64,000 nt of DNA, from NCBI RefSeq assembly GCF_009914755.1, contig NC_060933.1; one strand, written 5' to 3'. The notes under the pieces are model-generated. The model made no database searches. It was not told the DNA's origin and saw only the letters and a program-made list of their open reading frames with translations. Position numbers and translations under genes: made by a program. This stretch comes from the human T2T-CHM13v2.0 reference genome, Homo sapiens. Shown one piece after another: positions 44,562 through 58,020 of this stretch. The stretch's first letter is position 1. Each line of letters begins with the position of its first letter.

Positions 44562-46379
44562 CTTTGTGGGCTTATCTGCCATTGACCTTTGAGGTTGCTG
44601 ACCTTTGAATGTGGTTTTTGTGGGGTCTCTTTTGTTGATGATGTTGTTGCTTTCTGTTTGTTTTACTTTTAACAGGCCACTCTTCTGTAGAGCTACTGTG
44701 GTTTGCTGGGGGTCTGCTCCACACCCTATACACCTTGGTCCCTCCTGTACCTGGAGATATTACCAGTGAAGGCTGAGAAACAGCAAAGATGGCAGCCTGC
44801 TCCTTCTTCTGGAAGCTCTGTCCTAGGGAGGCACTGACCTGATGCCAGCCCAAATGCTCCTGTAGATGGTGTCTGGAGCCCCCTGTTGGGAGGTCTCACC
44901 CAGTCAGGAGGAATGGGATCAGGATCAGGGACCCTCTTAAAGAAGCAGTGTGGCTGCCCCTTGGCAAAGCAGGTACACTGTGCTGGAGGAAACCCCCGCC
45001 CCACCCCCCCATCCACACTGCCTGGCCTCGCCAGAGCCAGCAGGCTGAAAAGGCTAAGTTGGCTGAACCACAGAAAGGGTGGCTGCCCCTCCCTCCAGGG
45101 GCTCCATCCCAGGGAGAAGTCAGAGTTCTGTCCATATAACCCTGGCTGGAGTTGCTGAAATTTCTGCAGGGAGGCCCTGCCCAGTGGGGAGGGATGGAAC
45201 AGGGTCCTATTTAAAGAAGCAGTCTGGCTACAAACTATCATAGCAGCTATGCTCTGTGTTGAGAGGAACTCCTCCTGGTCTGGACCACCCAGACTCCCTG
45301 GAGCCAGCAGGCTAGAATGGCCAACTCAAACCACAGAGGTAGCAGCTACCACTACCCCCGGGAACTCAGTCTATCTCAGGCAGTCTCTAGCCTGCTGCCA
45401 CTGGCTGGCTGGAATTCCAAGCCAGTGGGTCTTAACTTGTTACGTGCTGTAGCCGTTGGGCCCACAGAATGATGCTACTTAGCTCCCTGGATTCAGAGAA
45501 TGTGTCTGAGCTCAGATTTATCTGAGCATTCCCCTTCCTGGGGGAATGCTTGGATGGATCTCCCACCTTGCCAGAATTCCCAGGGCTTGGGTATACAAAA
45601 CTCCTGGGTTTCTGTGTGTGCCTGAGTGTCCACTTTGCTGAGACTGCACAACTTTGTGCTTCAGACCCAAGGCCCTGGTGGCATGGGCTCACAAGGGGAT
45701 CTCCTGATTCATGGGTTGCAAAGATCCATGGAAAAAGTGTGGTTTCCAGGTCACACAATTGCTCACCACCTCCCTTGACTGGGGGTGGGGCTCCCTTGGC
45801 TCTGTTCTGCTGCTGGGTGGGCCATTTGCCCCATCCTGCTTTTCTTTGCTCTCTCTGGGTCCAGCCATCCCCCTAGTCATTCCCAATGTAAGAACCTGGA
45901 TACCTCAGTTGAAGGTGCAGAATTCACTTGCCATTTTCATTCCTCTTCATGAGCACCATGGACTGCAGCTGCTTCTAATTGGTCATCTTGGCCCACCCCT
46001 TTCCTCTAGATTTGTGTGCAAAGAGTTATTGATAGTAGCCTGAGGATCTTTTGTATTTCTGTGCAAATAATTGTAGTATCACCTTGGTCATTTCTGATTG
46101 TGGAACTTCTTTCTTTTTTTTGTTAATCTATCTAAAGATCTATCAGTTTTACTTATTCTTTTGAATAACCAACTCTTGTTTCATTGATCTTTTTATGGAT
46201 TTTTTTTCATCTCAATTTTGTTCAGATCTTCTATAATTGTAATTATTTCTTATGCTAGCTTTGGGATTGGTTTGCGCTTTTCTTCTTTTCTTTTTTTCTA
46301 GTTCCTTTAGGTGTAAATTCAGGTTGTTAATTTGAGATCTAACTTTTTGATAAAGGCACTTAGTGCTATAAACTTTCCT

Positions 46380-46640
46380 TTTTTTATTTCTTAAACTTTT
46401 AAGTTCTGGGGTACATGTACAGGACGTGCAGTTGTGTTAAACAGGTAAACGTGTGCCATTGTGGTTTGCTGCACAGATCAACCCATCACCTATGTATTAA
46501 GCCATGCATCCATTATCTATTCTTCCTGATGCTCTACCTCCCTCCACCCCCACTGGAAGGCCTGAGTGTGCATTGATCCCCCACTATGTGTTCATGTGTT
46601 ATCATCATTCGGCTCCCACTTATAAGTGAGAACATGTGGT
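46380..46640 (-). mobile_element. Short 5'-truncated L1PA10/11-like 3' end
   Basis: GCTGCACAGATCAACCCATCACC; TSD TAAACTTTCCT at 46369-46379 and 46641-46651. Confidence 0.88.
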
Positions 46641-46987
46641 TAAACTTTCCTCTTAACACTGCTTTAGCTGTATCTCAGAGATTTTGGTAAGTGGTGTCCC
46701 TATTTTCAATAATTTCAAAGAATATTTAGACTTCTGATTTATTTTTGTTGTTTACCCAAGAGTTTTAATGTTTTAATTAATAAGTTTTAATAATGTTTTA
46801 ATTAATTTCCATGTATTTGTGTAGTTTTAAGAGATCTTCTTGGTATTGATTTCTCTTTTTATTGCACTGTTGTCCAAGATTGTGCTTGCTATTTTTTTTT
46901 TTTTTTTTTGAGACTTGCTTTATGATGTAGCATGTGATTGATCTTGGAATATGTTCCATGTGCAGATGAGAAAAATGTATATTCTGT

Positions 46988-47184
46988 GGTTGCCTCTCCC
47001 TCCAGAGGCTCCATCCCAGGAAGAGATCAGAGTTCTGTCCATATAAACCTGGCTGGAACTGCTGAAATTCCTGCAGGGAGGCCCTGTCCAGTAAGGAGGG
47101 ATGGATCAGGGTCCCACTTAAAGAAGCAGTCTGGCTACAAACTATCATAGCAGCTATGCTGTGTTGTGAGGAACTCCTCCTGGT
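46988..47184 (-). repeat. Isolated L1 5'UTR segment, copy of 45081-45279
   Basis: Collinear with 45081-45279, including a 43-bp perfect match (47118-47160 = 45211-45253); no poly(A) and no TSD. Confidence 0.9.
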
Positions 47185-47871
47185 AGATGTGTTCTGGTAG
47201 ATGTCTTTTAGGTCCAATTGATTAAGTGTTGAGTCCAGAGTTTCTTTGTTAGTTTTCTGCCTCAATGATCTATCTAATGCTGTCACTGAGGTGTTTCTGC
47301 CTCAGTGATCTGTCTAATGCTGTCAGTGGGGTGTTAAAGTTTCCCACTATTGTGTGGCCATCTAAGTCTTTTTGTAGGTCAAGAAGAACTTGTTTTATGA
47401 ATCTGGATGCTCTAATGTTGGGTACATATATATTTATAATAGTTTAGTCTTCTTGTTGAGTTGTGTCATTTATCATTATGTAATGCCCTTCTTTGTCCTT
47501 CTTAATTATTAAAAGCCTAAAGTCTCTTTTGTCTGATATGAGTAGTGATCCTGATCTTTTTTGTTTTTTGTTTGCACAGTGGGTCTTTCTCTAATCCTTT
47601 ACTTTGATAATGTGGGTGTCGTTATGTGTGAGATGGGTCTTGTGAAGACCACAGACAGTTGGGTCTTGTCTTTTTATCCAGCTTCCCACTCTGTCTTTTA
47701 AGTTGAGTGTTTAACCTGTTTATATTCAGGGTTAGTACTGATATGTGAGATTTTGATCCCATCTTCCTTTCATTAGCTGGTCGTTGTGTAGACATGGTTG
47801 TGTAGTTGCTTTATACTGTCTTTGGGCTATGTGCTTAAGTGAGTATTTGTGATATCACATAATGTTCTTTT

Positions 47872-48116
47872 TTTTGGTATTCTTTTTTTTATTATACTTT
47901 AAATTCTAGGGTACATGTGCACAACGTGCAGGTTTGTTTCATATGTATACATGTGCCATGTCGGTGTGCTGCACCCATTAACTCGTCATTTACATTAGGT
48001 ATATCTCCTAATGCTATCCTTCCCCCCTGCCCCCACTCCATGACAGGCCCCGGTGTGTGATGTTCCCCTTCCCCCTTCCTGTGTCCAAGTGTTCTCATTG
48101 TTCTATTCCCACCTAT
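47872..48116 (-). mobile_element. Short 5'-truncated L1PA4-like 3' end
   Basis: CCCATTAACTCGTCATTTACATTAGGTATATCTCCTAATGC; TSD ACATAATGTTCTTTT at 47857-47871 and 48117-48131. Confidence 0.9.
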
Positions 48117-49357
48117 ACATAATGTTCTTTTGATTCCATGTTTAGTACTCCCTTAAGGACCTCTTGTAGAGCTGGTCTAGTTGAAATGAATTTGCTTAGC
48201 ATTTGCTTGTCTGAGAAGGATTTTATTTTTCCCTCACTTATGAAGTTTAGTTTGGTGGAATATGAAATTCTTGGTTGGAATTTATTATCTTTAAGTTGGT
48301 GAATATAGGGTCCCCAATCACTTCTGACTCATAAGGTTTCTGCTGCTAGGTCCACTGCCAGCCTGATGGGGATCCCTCTGTGTGTGACCTGACCTTTTTC
48401 TCTAGCTGCCTTTAAGATGTTTTCTTTTGTGTTCATCTCAATGAACCTCATAACTAAGTGTCTTGGGGATGGTCATCTTGTATTTGATCTAGGCAGGATT
48501 CTCAGTATCTCCTGAATTTGCATGTTAACATCTCTAGCAAGATTAGGGAAATTTTTGTAGACTATATACTCAAATACATTTTCCAAGTTGCTTATCCTGT
48601 CTCCTCTGTAAGGGATGCCAATGAGACATAGATTTGGTCTCCTTATATAATCCCATATTTCTCAGAGGTTTTGTTCATTTTAAAAAATTCTTTTTCTTTT
48701 TGTCTGACTGAGTTGATTCAAAGAGCTGATCTTTGAGCTCTGTAATTCTTTCCTCAGTTTGGTCTATTACATTGTTAATACTTCTGATTGTATTATGAAA
48801 TTCTTGCATTCTGTTTTTCAAATCAAGGAGTTCAGTTCAGGGCTTTAAAAATGTCTGTTTTGTCTTTTAGCTCTTGAATTGTTTTACTGTATTGCTTGGC
48901 TTCCTTGGATTGGGTTTTCACTTTCTCCTGGATCTTGATGAGCTTCTTTGCCATCCAGAACTGAATTCCATGTCTGTCATTTAAGTCATTTCAGATTGGT
49001 TAGGAATGATTGCTGTGGAGCTAGTGGGCTCATTTGGAGGTAAGAAGACCCTCTGGCTTTTTGAATTGCTGTAATTCTTGCACTGGTTCTTTCTCATCTG
49101 AGAGTGTTGGTGTGCCTTTAACTGGGGTGTAAATTGAGTATAGTCAGTTGGCTTTATTTCTGGAAGTTTTTAGAGGGCTGAGGCTCTGTACAGGGTCTTT
49201 TGTTGAATTCTTGCCTTTGGTTTCATAGAAGGGAGAATTAGTGAAGTTTTTTTTTTTTTTTTTGGTATTACAGTTAAAGCTGTGATCTAGTAGATGGTGC
49301 TGAGAGCAATGGGTGGTAGAAAGGCTCTTACTCAGCCACACTGCTCCTTTGGGTCCC

Positions 49358-50420
49358 TATCGGGGGAACCCACCCCTGATAATTTAACATGAGTTCCTTT
49401 CTATTTCCCTAAGTGTCGGCCGGTCTGAGAAATAAAGGGAAAGAGTACAAAGAGAGAAATTTTTAAAGCTGGGTGTCCAGGGGAGACATCACATGTCGGC
49501 AGGTTCCGTGATGCCCCCCAAGCCACAAAACCAGCAAGTTTTTATTGGTGATTTTCAAAAGGGGAGGGAGTGTATGAATAGGGTGTGGGTCACAGAACAC
49601 ATGCTTCACAAGGTAATAAAATATCACAAGGCAAATGGAGGCAGGGCGAGATCCCAGGACCACAGGACTGGGGCAAAATTAAAATTGCTAATGAAGTTTC
49701 AGGCACGCGTTATCATTGATAACATCTTATCAGGAGACAGGGTTTGAGAGCACACAACCGGTCTGACCAAAATTTATTGGGCTGGAATTTCCTTGTCCTA
49801 ATAGGCCTGGGAATGCTACAGGAGACTGGGGCTTATTTCATCCCTTATCTTCAACCGTAAAAGACAGACGTCCCCAGAGTGGCCATTTTAGATACCGCTC
49901 CCTAGGAATGCATTCTCTTTCTCAGGGATGTTCCTTGCTGAGAAAAAGAATTCAGCAGTATTTCTCCTATTTACTTTTGAAAGAAGAGAAATATGACTCT
50001 TCCACCCAGCTCTCAGGCAGCCAGACCTAATGGTTATCTCCCTTGTTCCCTGAACATCGCTGTATCCTGTTCTTTTTTCAAGGTGCCCAGATTTCATATT
50101 GTTCAAACAATTTGTGCAGTTAACGCGATCATCACAGGGTCCTGAGGCAACATACCTCCTCAGCTTCCGAAGATGACGGGATTAAGAGATTAAAGTAAAG
50201 ACAGGCATAGGAAATCACAAGAATATTGATTGGGGAAGTGATAAGTGTCCATGAAATCTTCACAATTCATGTTCAGAGATTGCAGTAAAGACAGGTGTAA
50301 GAAATTATAAAAGTTTTAATTTGGGGAACTAATAAAAGTCCATGAAATCTTCACAATTTATGTTCTTCTACCATGGCTTCAGCCAGTCCCTCCATTCAGG
50401 ATCTCTGACTTCCTGCAACA
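49358..50420 (-). mobile_element. MER11 (MER11C-like) solo LTR
   Basis: 1063 bp, collinear with 9223-10283; TSD degenerate (GGTCCC/GGTATC). Confidence 0.92.
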
Positions 50421-50542
50421 GGTATCCTCATGTTTGCAGCTGTGCTCTGCAGTGCAAGTGGGAGAGAAGTTTTGACCCCCTTACCAGGTCTGCACCTGGG
50501 TCTTGGGAGAGCCACCTCTGATCACTGGCACTGTGTCCCCAA

Positions 50543-50841
<299 letters not shown>

Positions 50842-51446
50842 ACAATTTTTTAAATTTGTTGTTAGATGTTTCTTGCCATGGGGCTCCCTTGGGCAGAGAT
50901 CCAGCAGGGAAGTAGGCCCTACCCTTACTGGGCCAGCGCTGTGGAAGGAGACACACTTAGGTCTCACAGCAGCCAAGAAACCTGTGTGACCCATCCCTCT
51001 GTTTCCTGAGTGTAGACTCCGCCCCTGCTTGAGTTAGGCACAGATCCTGGCTCAGCACCCTGTTTATATTAATTTTTAAAAAATGTAATAGTGGTAATAG
51101 ATACATAAAATTTACAATTTTAGCTATATCTAAATATACAGTTTAGAAGTGTTAAGTACATTCGTATTGTTGTGTGACCAATCTCCAGAATTTTTGCAAA
51201 ACTGGGACTCTACACTTATTAGACAGTAACCCCTTATTCTCTCCTCCACCCATCCCCTGGAAACCACTGTGTTACCTTCTGTTTCAATGAAGTTGACTAC
51301 TCTAGATACCTCAAATAAAAGGATCATGCAATATTTATCTTTTTGTGACTGGCTTATTTCACTTAGCATAATGACCTCAAGATTCATCCATGTTATAGCA
51401 TGTGTCAGATTTTCTTTCCCTTGTAAGAATGAATAATTTTCCATTG

Positions 51447-51590
51447 TATGTATATGTGTGTGTGTGTACCTATATATGTGTGTGTGTATGTATATACATA
51501 TATACATATATATACACATATATACATATATACACATATATACATATATATACATACACACACACACACACACACATACATAGAGAGAGC
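51447..51590. repeat. Compound (TG)/(TA)/(CA) microsatellite
   Basis: Alternating purine-pyrimidine tract, TG-rich then CA-rich. Confidence 0.9.
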
Positions 51591-52959
51591 ACATTTTGTT
51601 TACCCATTTGTTGTTGGGCACTTGGATTACTTCCACATCATGGCCATTGTGAATAGTGTTGCTATGAATAGGGTTGTGTAAATATCTCTTGGAGATCCTG
51701 TTTTCAACTTTTGGGGGGTATATATCTAACAGTGAAATTGCTGGGTCATATGAAATTCTATTTTTATTTTTAAAAGTAACTTCCATACTGTTTTCCTTAG
51801 AGGTTGCATAATTTTACATTCCCACCAACAGGTCATAAAGGCTCCAATTTCTTCACACTCTCACTAACACTTGTTCTTTTATTTTCTTTTCCCTTCCCTC
51901 CCTTCCTTCCCTTCCTTCCCTTCCTTCCTTTCTTTCTATAGTAGCTATCCTAATTGGTGTGAGGCGGTATCTCATTGTGGTTTTGATTTGTACTTTCCTT
52001 ACTTAACATTACTATGTTAAGCATCATTTCATATGCTTTTTGGCCACTTGTGTATCATATCTGCAGAAATGTCTATTCATGTTCTTTAGTTATAGAATTT
52101 TTTTTTGAGTTGTAGGTGTTCTTTGTATATTCTAGATATTAACCTTTTGCCAGATATGATTTGCAAATATTTTCTCCCATTTAGTAGCTTGCTCTTGAAT
52201 TCTGTTGGTTGTGTCCCTTGATGCACAGACATTTTACATATTGATGTAGTCTAACTTATTTATTTTTGTTTCCTGCAATTTTAGTGTAATGGCTAGGAAA
52301 TCACTGCCAAATCCAATATCAGGAAGCTTTCCCTTATGTTTTCTTCAGAAAGTTTTATAGTTTTAGGTCTTACATTTAGGTCTTGAATCCATTTTGAGTT
52401 AATTTTGGTATATGGTTTAAAGTAAGGGTCCTATTTAATTACTTTTTATGTAGATATCCAGTTTTCTCAGCACTATTTGTTAAAAAGGCTGTCCTTTCCC
52501 CATTCTTTGGTCTTCACACCCTTGTTGAAGATCATTTGATCATGTATGTGAGGGTTTATTTCTAGACTCACTTTTCTATCCCATTGGTCTATTCCATATA
52601 CCTGTCTTTTGCCATTACTACACTGTTTTGATTATGGTGGCTTTGTAGTAAGTTTTGAAATTAGGAAGTGTGAGACCTCCAACTTTTTCTTTTTCAAGAT
52701 TGTGTTGGCTGTTCGGGCTCTGAGGCTTCATGTGAGTTTCAGGATGGATTTTTCTATTTCTGCAAAAAATGCCATTGGGATTTTTATAGGTATTGCAATA
52801 AAAATTAAATCTGTTCATCATTTTGTGAAGTGTTGACCTCTTAATAATGTTAAGTCTTCTAATTCATAAGCATGTCATGTCTTTATTTTTATCTTCTTTA
52901 ATTTCTTTAAACAATGCCTTGTGGTTTTTAATGTATAAGTCTTTAATCTCTTTGGTTAA

Positions 52960-53296
<337 letters not shown>

Positions 53297-53699
53297 GGAT
53301 TGTTCATTATTAATATAAAAACACAATTGGTGTATGTGTATATTAATTTTGTATTCTGCAACTTTGGTGAATTCATTTATTCTAATGGATTTTTTTGGTA
53401 GAATTGTTAGGGCTTTCTACGTATAAGATCATGTTGTCTGTGAACAGAGCTAAGTTTACTTCTTCCATTCAGATTTAGATGCCTCTTATTTTTCCTGAAT
53501 AGTTGCTCTAGCTAGAACTTTCAGTACAGTATTGAATAGAAGTGGCAAAACATGATCTTTTTTTTCTCGTTCTCATTCTTAGAAAGCTTTCAGTCTTTCA
53601 CCATCAAGTATGAGATTATCTGTGGGCCTTTCTTATAAGGCCTCTATTATGTTGAGATGGATTTTTTTTTGTTTCTGGTATATTTAATGATTTTATTAT

Positions 53700-55120
53700 G
53701 ATGCTCTGTTCATTCTTTGTTTCCTGGATTTTATTAAGTCTACTGACCTAATGTCAGATTTACTGATTCTTTCTTCTGCCAGTCAAAGCTACTGTTGAGT
53801 CCCTTTAGTAAATTGTTCATTTCAGTTATTGTATTTTTTAATGCCAGAATTTCCATTTGGTTTGCCTTAAAAAATAATTTCTATCTATTCTCTATTTAAA
53901 GAGACATTCTATCATAGCTTCCTTTCCTCATTCAAGTAAAATTAGTTCTTGGAAGATATTTATAAAGATAATGTTGACATCTTTCTTAAATTTGATATCT
54001 GAGCTCTCTCATAGACTGTCTTTTTGCCCCCCCTTTTTTCCCCTACATATGGGTCACTCTTTCCTGTTCTTTGCATATCTTTTTTTGTTGTTGTTAAAAA
54101 GTGGACATTCTAGGTAATATATTGCATAATTCCATCGACCAAGTCTGTGCCCCCTGTGGACCTTGTTTTTGTTGTTGTTGCTTGTTTATTTAGTTACTTG
54201 GCTAGACTATTTAAGTGAGTTGTTTATCCTCCCAAGTGTGAAGCCTTTGGTTTTGCTCTGCACAGGGAGCAGCCTTGGGTGTGTGCACAGTTATCCTGGC
54301 CCTGGGACCATCTGTTTTTCTCATCCATTAGAACTTCATTTGTTATTACAGCCACAGAGTTTTGGTTCCACTCCTTGCCAGGTGACCTCTCTATTCTTCT
54401 AGACAATTCCCTGGGGGCACAAATTATTCCACACTATGATCCAATTAAGCTTGATGGGGATAGCTTGTCTTTGAGGTTTATTCTGACCCCAGGAGGGGTC
54501 TTACATTTCTCTCACTCTGTCTGGTGAACTAGCTGGCCTATGGTTTGTTGTTCTTAATTAAGAGAACCTATTGTTTTTGAGAGCATTCTGAAGCTTGAAC
54601 TTCTCTACCCTCTGTTTCAAAAAAAAAAGTAAGCTTATTTGGGGAGAGTTTTAGAGCTCTGTTCTTATGAACTGCCTCTCCCCTTGGGTAAATTCTTTAA
54701 GTCACTCTTCTGGAAGCTGGATGGGGAAGTCTTTTTACTCGGAGTTGGAGGGTGTGAGAAATGCTCTGACCTATGCTGTGGGTAAGAAACTGTATCCCTT
54801 GACTGGAGGCTGAGGGGAGAGGGAGCCCTGAAATGGTAGCCACATCCACCTAGAGTGGAGCTTTTGTCAAGCTAAGTTGAGATTAGGAGAAAGGGAAGGA
54901 ATGGGTTTACCTCAAAAGTTACCTTGCAGTGTTTTTATTTGTTTTTTGTTTTTTTTTAAGCAAGTTTTAGTAGATCTTTTTTGAATAAATTTTTTTGTTT
55001 CACTGTATGCCCTTGGGACAATTTTCACAGACTATTGTCTTTCAAACAGTTTTCACTGGTCATTTTTATTTCACTGGACAGTTAGTTTATAAGGTTTCTC
55101 ATATGACTATCTTAGAAGAT
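53700..55120 (-). mobile_element. Old L1M ORF1/5' region fragments
   Basis: TTACTGATTCTTTCTTCTGCC...CTGTTGAGTCCCTTTAGTAAA...CATTTCAGTTATTGTATTTT; boundaries approximate. Confidence 0.55.
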
Positions 55121-55869
55121 CCTTATCAATTTTTGATCACTTCTTTTCTGGCACAATTATATTCTAGGCTCTCCTGTCTTTCACTGCCCCAATCTGTAAT
55201 GTAGCCAACTTCTCAAGATCTTCAGTTCCATTCACTGGTGAATGGCATTTACAAATTAGATTTGTGTGCCAGCTGTGTTACTTGCTATTCTGAGGTGTCA
55301 TTGCTTTTAGTCCTTTTCAAGTTGACACAGCTAGCAGGAAAATATACATACATATATATTAATTCTGATTCTTTAATTTCAGTCCAGTGCTACAGGGTCC
55401 TTCCTCTTGTTCCTGTGTTCTTATTCCACAGTGAGAAACCTGTGAGTAATATCAATATATTTATTTATTTGCTCTATCTTACAATAAATATATTAAAAAT
55501 CAACACCAATACAGTTACGAATAATAAACCTTAAGTAAAATTTAAGATTCCTTTGCAGTTGATACTGTTCTTATACTATGCCATGGAGGACAATATCAGC
55601 ATACTGGGTTCAAGATATATTTGAATTAATTTTAAAAAACAATGTAGATATTATTAATTTGATACACAACTTAAGGTCAGTTTCAGAATTCTATCCTTTT
55701 TGAGTTAATTTTAGGTTTTGAAGATGTAAAAATCTTAACATGATTTAAAGTAAAAATTATACAGTCCCTGTTGCCACCCATCTTATATAGGTAATACTTT
55801 TATTAATTTCTGGTTGCTCCTATATTTGTTTCTTTTTGCAAATTTAAAATTATTATAATATTAAATATA

Positions 55870-55998
55870 GGCCAGGCATGGTAGCTCATGCCTGTAATCC
55901 TAGCATTTTGGGAGGCTGAGGTGGGAGGATTGCTTGAGCTCAGGAGTTTGAAACCAGCCTGGGAAATATAGTGAGACTTCGTCTCTATGAAAAAAAAA
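55870..55998 (+). mobile_element. FLAM_C / Alu left monomer
   Basis: GGGAGGATTGCTTGAGCTCAGGAG; single monomer with A tail. Confidence 0.85.
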
Positions 55999-56229
55999 TA
56001 TTTAATATATATATTCATAGTCTTATTTCTCCTTTTTTCTGGCACAAAAATTTGCATACTATACATGCTCTCTTGAAACTTCATTTTATCTCTTAATAAT
56101 ATGATGTGGAAATAGTAACATATTTTACAGAGCTTTACTTTTTTAAAGCGCTGAATTGTTTAAATTGTTCCATGTATAAATATACCATAATTTAATCAAC
56201 CAAATTTCTTTTTTAAAAAACAGCATATC

Positions 56230-56357
56230 TATTTGTAACAGAGATAGTGTCTCACTGTGTTGCTTAGGCTGATTTTGAACTCCTGGTCTCAAACAGTCCT
56301 CCTACCTCAGCCTCCCAAAGTGCTAGGGTTCCAGGCCTGAGCCACTGTGCTTGGGCA
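56230..56357 (-). mobile_element. FLAM / Alu left monomer
   Basis: GAACTCCTGGTCTCAAACAGTCCTCCTACCTCAGCCTCCCAAAGTGCT. Confidence 0.8.
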
Positions 56358-56559
56358 TTCAAAGCATTTTCTAACGAATGGACATTTGGCTTATTTTTCA
56401 TACTTGGTACAAATAACACTATTTTAACAACCTTATATCTATTTTTTTCTTTTTTTGAGATGTATTCAGGTTAAATTCCTGAATGTGGGATTTCTGAATC
56501 AAAGCTTAAATGTATATCTAGTTTTGTGAGATATTGCCAAATTCCATATCATAGGAGAG

Positions 56560-57010
56560 TTTATTAGTTCCCTAGGGCTATAATAACAAATTATCTCAAA
56601 CTGAGTGGCTTAAAACAACAGAAATTTTTTCCCTCACTGGAAGCTAGAAGTATGAAATTAAGGTGTTGGCAGGACTATGCTCTCTAAAGACTCTAAGGGA
56701 GGATCCTTTCTTAACTCTTTCTAGCTCCTGGTGGTTGCTGACGATCTTGGAGTTCCTTGGCTTGTAACCCCTGCCTCAGTCTTCACATGGTGTTCGTCCC
56801 TCTGTGTGTGTGTGTCTGTGCACAAACTGTATATTTCTGTATTCAGTAAGGATACCAGATACTGGATTAGGGCCCACCCTAATCCAGCATGACCTCATCC
56901 TAACTTGATTGCATCTGTAAAGACCCTATTTCTAACTAAGGTCACATTCATAGATGCTAGGGGTTAGGATTGAACCCATCTTTTTGTAGGACACAATTCA
57001 ACCCACTATA
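56560..57010 (-). mobile_element. MLT1B/C solo LTR
   Basis: GTGGCTTAAAACAACAGAAATTT...GGATTAGGGCCCACCCTAATCCAG...GGACACAATTCAACCCAC. Confidence 0.8.
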
Positions 57011-57924
57011 ATGTGCTACCCTTTTCACTGCCATTTGCTACAAAAGAGTACGTGCTTCCTCATTGTCTTCACAAAAGACAGTGTTGCCAAATTGTTGAAA
57101 TATTTTCTAACTATATAGGTCCTACATGATATCTCAGCATTTCTATTTCTCTTATTATGAAAGATGTTGACTATCTTTTATATTTTCATGCACCATTTTG
57201 TCTCTTCTTTTTATGCTATAATTAAAAGTGTTATGAAAATTTCAAACATTCAGAAAGGTAGAGTTCTATATGTTAAATATAGAACTTAAAAAAAGACAGC
57301 AACATAATAGCAGTACCATCATTATACCTAATAAAATGACAAATTATTCCTTAATTTTATGGAATTACCAGTCTGTGCTCAAGTTGCCTCAAATTTTTTT
57401 TTTTTTAGTATATCTCTTTAATGTATTAACTGAAAGGATAGGACAAGATTGTGCCTACTGTCCTCTTTCATTTTAAAATTTGGAGATTTACCCTGTAATT
57501 CTGCATAATAAATGAAGAGAAATCTTGCTATTGTTAGCCTTGAACTACTGCTGGGTAATGATCTCATTACTTACTGGTGAATGCCACGGAGCACTGTTTC
57601 CATGTTCTCTTCTTCAGTCTGTAATAGTCTTATCTATTGTGCTACCATTAGATTGTTATCTATTACTTTCTTGGAAATAGAGTGACTAGGTTCTGTAATG
57701 GGACTTTGCTCTGAAAGCATTTTTCACATGTGACAATAGACTATAGTGTCACCTTAATCTTGCTGTGGGCTTAATAGGGAGTGAAAAATGTCATTGGTGA
57801 TGGTATGATTATAGGGCCATCATTTTTTCTCATTTGCTGTATCCTATTAATTCTTCCACAATCCTGACTTTACCTTTTCACTGTTCCCCACACATTTGCA
57901 TTACTGCCACAAGCTATGTGTTAT

Positions 57925-58020
57925 CCCTCCCAGTCAGACTTCCGGGATTCACATCTCACTTCTGCCATTCACCAACTATGGTTGTGGGCACTGTTTCCTT
58001 ACCTGTGAAAGAGAAAAATA
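57925..58020 (+). mobile_element. MIR fragment
   Basis: AGTCAGACTTCCGGGATTCACATCTCACTTCTGCCATTCACC...CTGTTTCCTTACCTGTGAAA. Confidence 0.55.

Larger units (their letters stand above)
55120..57240 (-). mobile_element. Ancient L1ME-type fragments
   Basis: Distant similarity to 16130-18860; boundaries approximate. Confidence 0.45.

Noticed and set aside
44572-46043. Dense ORFs on both strands
   Set aside because: GC-rich L1 5'UTR with few stop codons; no recognisable protein
51130-51786. Longest ORF (218 aa, minus strand)
   Set aside because: It is L1MB ORF2 tail and 3'UTR read through a stop-free microsatellite (VCVC/YIY), not a gene
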